This document shows positions 61,113 to 64,000 of a stretch of 64,000 nt of DNA, piece by piece. The position numbers were made by a program, and so were the translations under genes. The notes below the pieces were generated by a model. The model did not search any database and was not told where the DNA came from. It saw only the letters and a program-made list of their open reading frames with translations. The stretch spans positions 1,216,001 to 1,280,000 of the forward strand of contig OZ271918.1 in assembly GCA_965602015.1 (NCBI GenBank). The letters are read 5' to 3'. The first letter of the stretch is position 1, and each line of letters opens with the position of its first letter. This DNA is from Salinispira sp. (GTDB lineage Bacteria; Spirochaetota; Spirochaetia; DSM-27196; Salinispiraceae).

Positions 61113-62144
61113 ATGGCGAAATCAAAAGAAGCAATGGCATCTGTATTAGCGTATGAGAAGAAAATAGTACCTTCGGATGCTCGCATGTATGGCACAATCT
61201 GGGAAGCAAGACATTCAGAAAGGAAGCCGTTGAATATTATTGAAAAATCAGTTCGTGGCACAATTTCGAACAGGTTAAGTGCAGCTCAGAAAAATGATCC
61301 ATCGAAAATAGATGCTGAAGTGGAGAAGGCAAATCTCCAAAAGGTTGACAGTTGTGGTCTATCGATGGAGCAGGATACTCTCTGCGTTGAATTTACATTG
61401 AAAATTCTAAGCGGTGTAGAACATCCATCAGCATGCAACAGTGTGCAATTTCTGGAAACATATCAGTTGGCTGCACAGGATTACATTCGCAGAGAGAAAT
61501 TTTCCGAGCTTGGAAAACGGTATGCAGTTAATATTGCAAACGGACGTTTCCTGTGGCGAAATCGCTTTGGGGCAGATTCAGTCGAAATCAAAGTGGAGCA
61601 CATTGGGAGCAATGAGCATGAAGAGTCGGTGATCTTCAATGCTTTCTCATATTCCGTAAAGAGTTTCGATACAGATGACACCGATGTACTAAAGCTGGGA
61701 AATGAAATCGCAGAGGTACTATCGGGAAAGGTGTCACACAAAATGTTTAAAATTTCTGCATATGCAAAGGTGGGTTTGGGGCAAGAGGTTTACCCAAGCG
61801 AAGAACTTGTTTTAGATAAAGGAAAGGGGAAAAAAGGGAAAGTACTATTTGATATCAACGGGGTTGCCGGAATGCACTCTCAAAAGATTGGTAACGCAGT
61901 ACGAACCATTGACACCTGGTATCCTGAGTATGCGGATTCAACCGTAGGGCCTATTGCGGTAGAACCTTACGGAGCAGTCACAACTCTGGGGAAAGCGTTT
62001 CGTACACCGAAAAACAAGTCAGATTTCTATACACTGTTTGACAGCTTTGCTAGAGGAGGAAAGCTATCAGGTATAGAGGAAGAGCATTATGTAATGGCGG
62101 TCCTGGTGCGAGGTGGTGTATTCGGGGAGAGCTCTAAGGAGTAA
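61113..62144 (+). CDS. csy3: Csy3 (Cas7f)
   Basis: SVLAYEKK, KSVRGTISN, NGRFLWRNR, HSQKIGNAVRTIDTWY, RGGVFG. Confidence 0.97.
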   Translation: MAKSKEAMASVLAYEKKIVPSDARMYGTIWEARHSERKPLNIIEKSVRGTISNRLSAAQKNDPSKIDAEVEKANLQKVDSCGLSMEQDTLCVEFTLKILSGVEHPSACNSVQFLETYQLAAQDYIRREKFSELGKRYAVNIANGRFLWRNRFGADSVEIKVEHIGSNEHEESVIFNAFSYSVKSFDTDDTDVLKLGNEIAEVLSGKVSHKMFKISAYAKVGLGQEVYPSEELVLDKGKGKKGKVLFDINGVAGMHSQKIGNAVRTIDTWYPEYADSTVGPIAVEPYGAVTTLGKAFRTPKNKSDFYTLFDSFARGGKLSGIEEEHYVMAVLVRGGVFGESSKE

Positions 62145-62147
62145 TAT

Positions 62148-62729
62148 ATGAATTTCTATGTAGAAATAACTTTACTTCCGGGAGCTGATATCGGATTGTA
62201 TCAATTGTGGAGCAAAGTATTCACCCAACTTCATTTGAGAATGGTGAATACAAAAGAATCTACTGGTACTGTTCCAATTGGAATAGACTGGCCAGAATAT
62301 GTGAAAGATGAACAATCACTGGGCACCAAGATACGCTTGTTTTCTATGACTCAAGAAGCTTTGAATAACCTGAATGTTCACTCAGCACTTTCGAGTTTCA
62401 GTGATTATGTGAAGATTAGTAGTATTCGTAATGTGCCCCAAAAAATTAGCACATATGTGTGGTATAAACGTATTCAAAAGAAACAAAACCCAGAAAGGAT
62501 TGCTAGAAGAAAAGCACGACGAAAAAACATTAGTTTTTCTGTTGCATTGAAACAGGTTCTTCTCAAAAATCCGCCCCAAATAAGCTGTCCCTACATTCAG
62601 CTAAAAAGTTTGAGCTCTAAACGAAAATATTCTCTGTTCCTGGAAAAACATTTCTCTGATTCGCCAACTGAAAGCTTTAAATTTAATTCATTTGGTATAA
62701 GCAGAATAAGTAGAGTGCCCTCATTTTAA
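62148..62729 (+). CDS. csy4: Csy4 (Cas6f) crRNA endonuclease
   Basis: YVEITLLP, QLH (catalytic His), Arg/Lys-rich helix, LKSLSS, FNSFGIS..VPSF. Confidence 0.93.
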   Translation: MNFYVEITLLPGADIGLYQLWSKVFTQLHLRMVNTKESTGTVPIGIDWPEYVKDEQSLGTKIRLFSMTQEALNNLNVHSALSSFSDYVKISSIRNVPQKISTYVWYKRIQKKQNPERIARRKARRKNISFSVALKQVLLKNPPQISCPYIQLKSLSSKRKYSLFLEKHFSDSPTESFKFNSFGISRISRVPSF

Positions 62730-62833
62730 AATGATCCACGATCTTTGACATCTTGAGAGAAGGAAAACATGGTAAAATTCACAATAATCACATAGACTCT
62801 TGCTGTTAAACGCTTTATTTAAGGGGAGTCACA
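62730..62833 (+). promoter_or_regulatory. CRISPR leader
   Basis: AT-rich non-coding stretch between cas6f and the first repeat. Confidence 0.7.
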
Positions 62834-63221
62834 GTTACCTGCCGCATAGGCAGCTTAGAAAAGTTACTCTGCTGCTTTAGAATGTTTTCCGGGGTTACCT
62901 GCCGCATAGGCAGCTTAGAAAAAAACCGCGTGTCACACATCGGGATGCATTGCGTTACCTGCCGCATAGGCAGCTTAGAAAGCGAGCGCAATGGGGTGTA
63001 CCGGGACAACTACGTTACCTGCCGCATAGGCAGCTTAGAAATTGAAGAGGCCGTTATGCGGATATATGACGACGTTACCTGCCGCATAGGCAGCTTAGAA
63101 AAAGACAGTTTGCCCATGAAAGTCAGAGGTGTTGTTACCTGCCGCATAGGCAGCTTAGAAAAGTCTGATCATTTTGTGTCACATAATCAGAAAGTTACCT
63201 GCCGCATAGGCAGCTTAGAAA
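62834..63221 (+). CRISPR. Type I-F CRISPR array: 7 repeats, 6 complete spacers, cut by IS66
   Basis: GTTACCTGCCGCATAGGCAGCTTAGAAA (28 bp, all identical) at 60-bp period; 32-bp spacers; CTGCC/GGCAG hairpin. Confidence 0.99.
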
Positions 63222-63225
63222 AAAA

Positions 63226-64000
63226 GTAAGCGTCAATTTAAGCCTGCACGATTGACTTCAGCTCCAGTAATTCGTCTTTGATGTTCCAGGGCAGCAGATC
63301 TTCCCAGTTCCCGGAATCCCCAATCTCTGGCGCTTTGGTGAAGACATGCACCAGATACCCATAGGGATTCAGTCCGTTCTGTCGGGCTGTCTCGATAAGC
63401 GAAAACATAAAACAGGAGCTTTCAGCGCCTCCCGGGCTTCCCGAGAACAGCCAGTTCTTTCGGCCGAGAACAAAAGGACGGATTGCATTCTCCGCGCCAT
63501 TGTTGTCCGGGGTCAGATGCGGACTCTCTACATATTTCATGACCTTATCCCATTGCGACAGGGCGTAGGTCACCGCCTGCCCGACAGCGCTTGATGGACG
63601 AACGCTTAGCGCTTTCTTTTCGAGCCAGGCTTTGAATCTCTCTGCTACCGGGGCAATGCGGGCTTTGCGCTTCTGGGCAAACTCATCATCACTCAGGTTT
63701 TGGCTACGCAGCTCTTTCTCAATGCGGTAGAACTCGGCGATCTTCGATATGGCCTCATGAGCGCTTCCGGCTTTCTTTGAGGATTTGCCCGCTTCAAAGA
63801 ATTTCCGGCGGACATGGGCCATACACCCCACGTGAATAATGTCAGGCCGGTCCTTCAATGTCGTTTCATACCCCACATAGCCATCGGTTTGCAGGTAGCC
63901 TGAAAAACCTGAGAGATAGGCTTTCGCATACTCCGATCCGCGGCTTCGGTGGTAGGCATAATCCACCACCGGTTTCCCAGGCGGACCTCCCCGGGCAAGC
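63226..64000 (-). mobile_element. IS66 family element, right part; continues beyond the window
   Basis: Terminus GTAAGCG at 63226, adjacent to the tnpC stop. Confidence 0.9.
63238..64000 (-). CDS. tnpC: IS66 transposase TnpC, 5' end outside the window
   Basis: YLQTDGY, GCMAHVRRKF, DNNGAENAIRPFVLGRKNWLF, SLIETARQNG, LLPWN. Confidence 0.95.
   Translation of the reverse strand, partial: LARGGPPGKPVVDYAYHRSRGSEYAKAYLSGFSGYLQTDGYVGYETTLKDRPDIIHVGCMAHVRRKFFEAGKSSKKAGSAHEAISKIAEFYRIEKELRSQNLSDDEFAQKRKARIAPVAERFKAWLEKKALSVRPSSAVGQAVTYALSQWDKVMKYVESPHLTPDNNGAENAIRPFVLGRKNWLFSGSPGGAESSCFMFSLIETARQNGLNPYGYLVHVFTKAPEIGDSGNWEDLLPWNIKDELLELKSIVQA

Noticed and set aside
62862..62893. Spacer 1 loosely resembles the repeat (GTTAC.CTGC...TTAGAA)
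   Set aside because: Short gapped similarity, normal 32-bp length and no hairpin; chance is likely.
62862..63193. Possible self-targeting spacers
   Set aside because: No match to this window noticed by eye; a proper search could not be run.
62882..63229. 115-aa ORF with VTCRIGSLE repeats (and the 64-aa reverse ORF)
   Set aside because: Translation of the CRISPR array; the 60-bp period keeps the frame open.
54608..64000. CRISPR-associated transposon (I-F3 CAST)
   Set aside because: cas1 and cas2-3 are present, Csy1 and Csy2 are unfused, and there is no tniQ or tnsABC; IS66 is an independent insertion.

Overview
Bacterial chromosomal window. The host is probably a free-living spirochaete; this is inferred from gene style only and is not proven. 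Positions 1-48.2 kb are mostly housekeeping, metabolic and signalling genes: nrdR, a plant-type ilvC with ilvY, a biotin ECF transporter, sodA, sufS/sufU, gpmA, purU, alpha-amylase, hrpB, MCPs, an adenylate cyclase and an ErcA/kinase pair. Two accessory regions stand out. (1) At 16.9-19.5 kb an IS1111-type IS110-family recombinase sits exactly inside the right terminal inverted repeat of an IS1/IS1595-like element. Its downstream non-coding region carries four short segments matching the target and the circular-donor junction, i.e. a readable bridge/seek RNA aimed at another transposon's end. A second, empty copy of that end lies at positions 17-37. (2) At 48.2-64 kb there is an island. It begins with three tandem paralogous heptad-repeat membrane-anchored genes and a HEPN-like/SF1 helicase, all delimited by a family of 10-bp-periodic palindromic elements (TTTACCGCGGAT...ATCCGCGGTAAA). 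A frameshifted GxxExxY nuclease gene with a structured leader follows, then a complete type I-F CRISPR-Cas locus whose array is interrupted by an IS66 element. All family assignments come from motif recognition by eye; no database searches were run.
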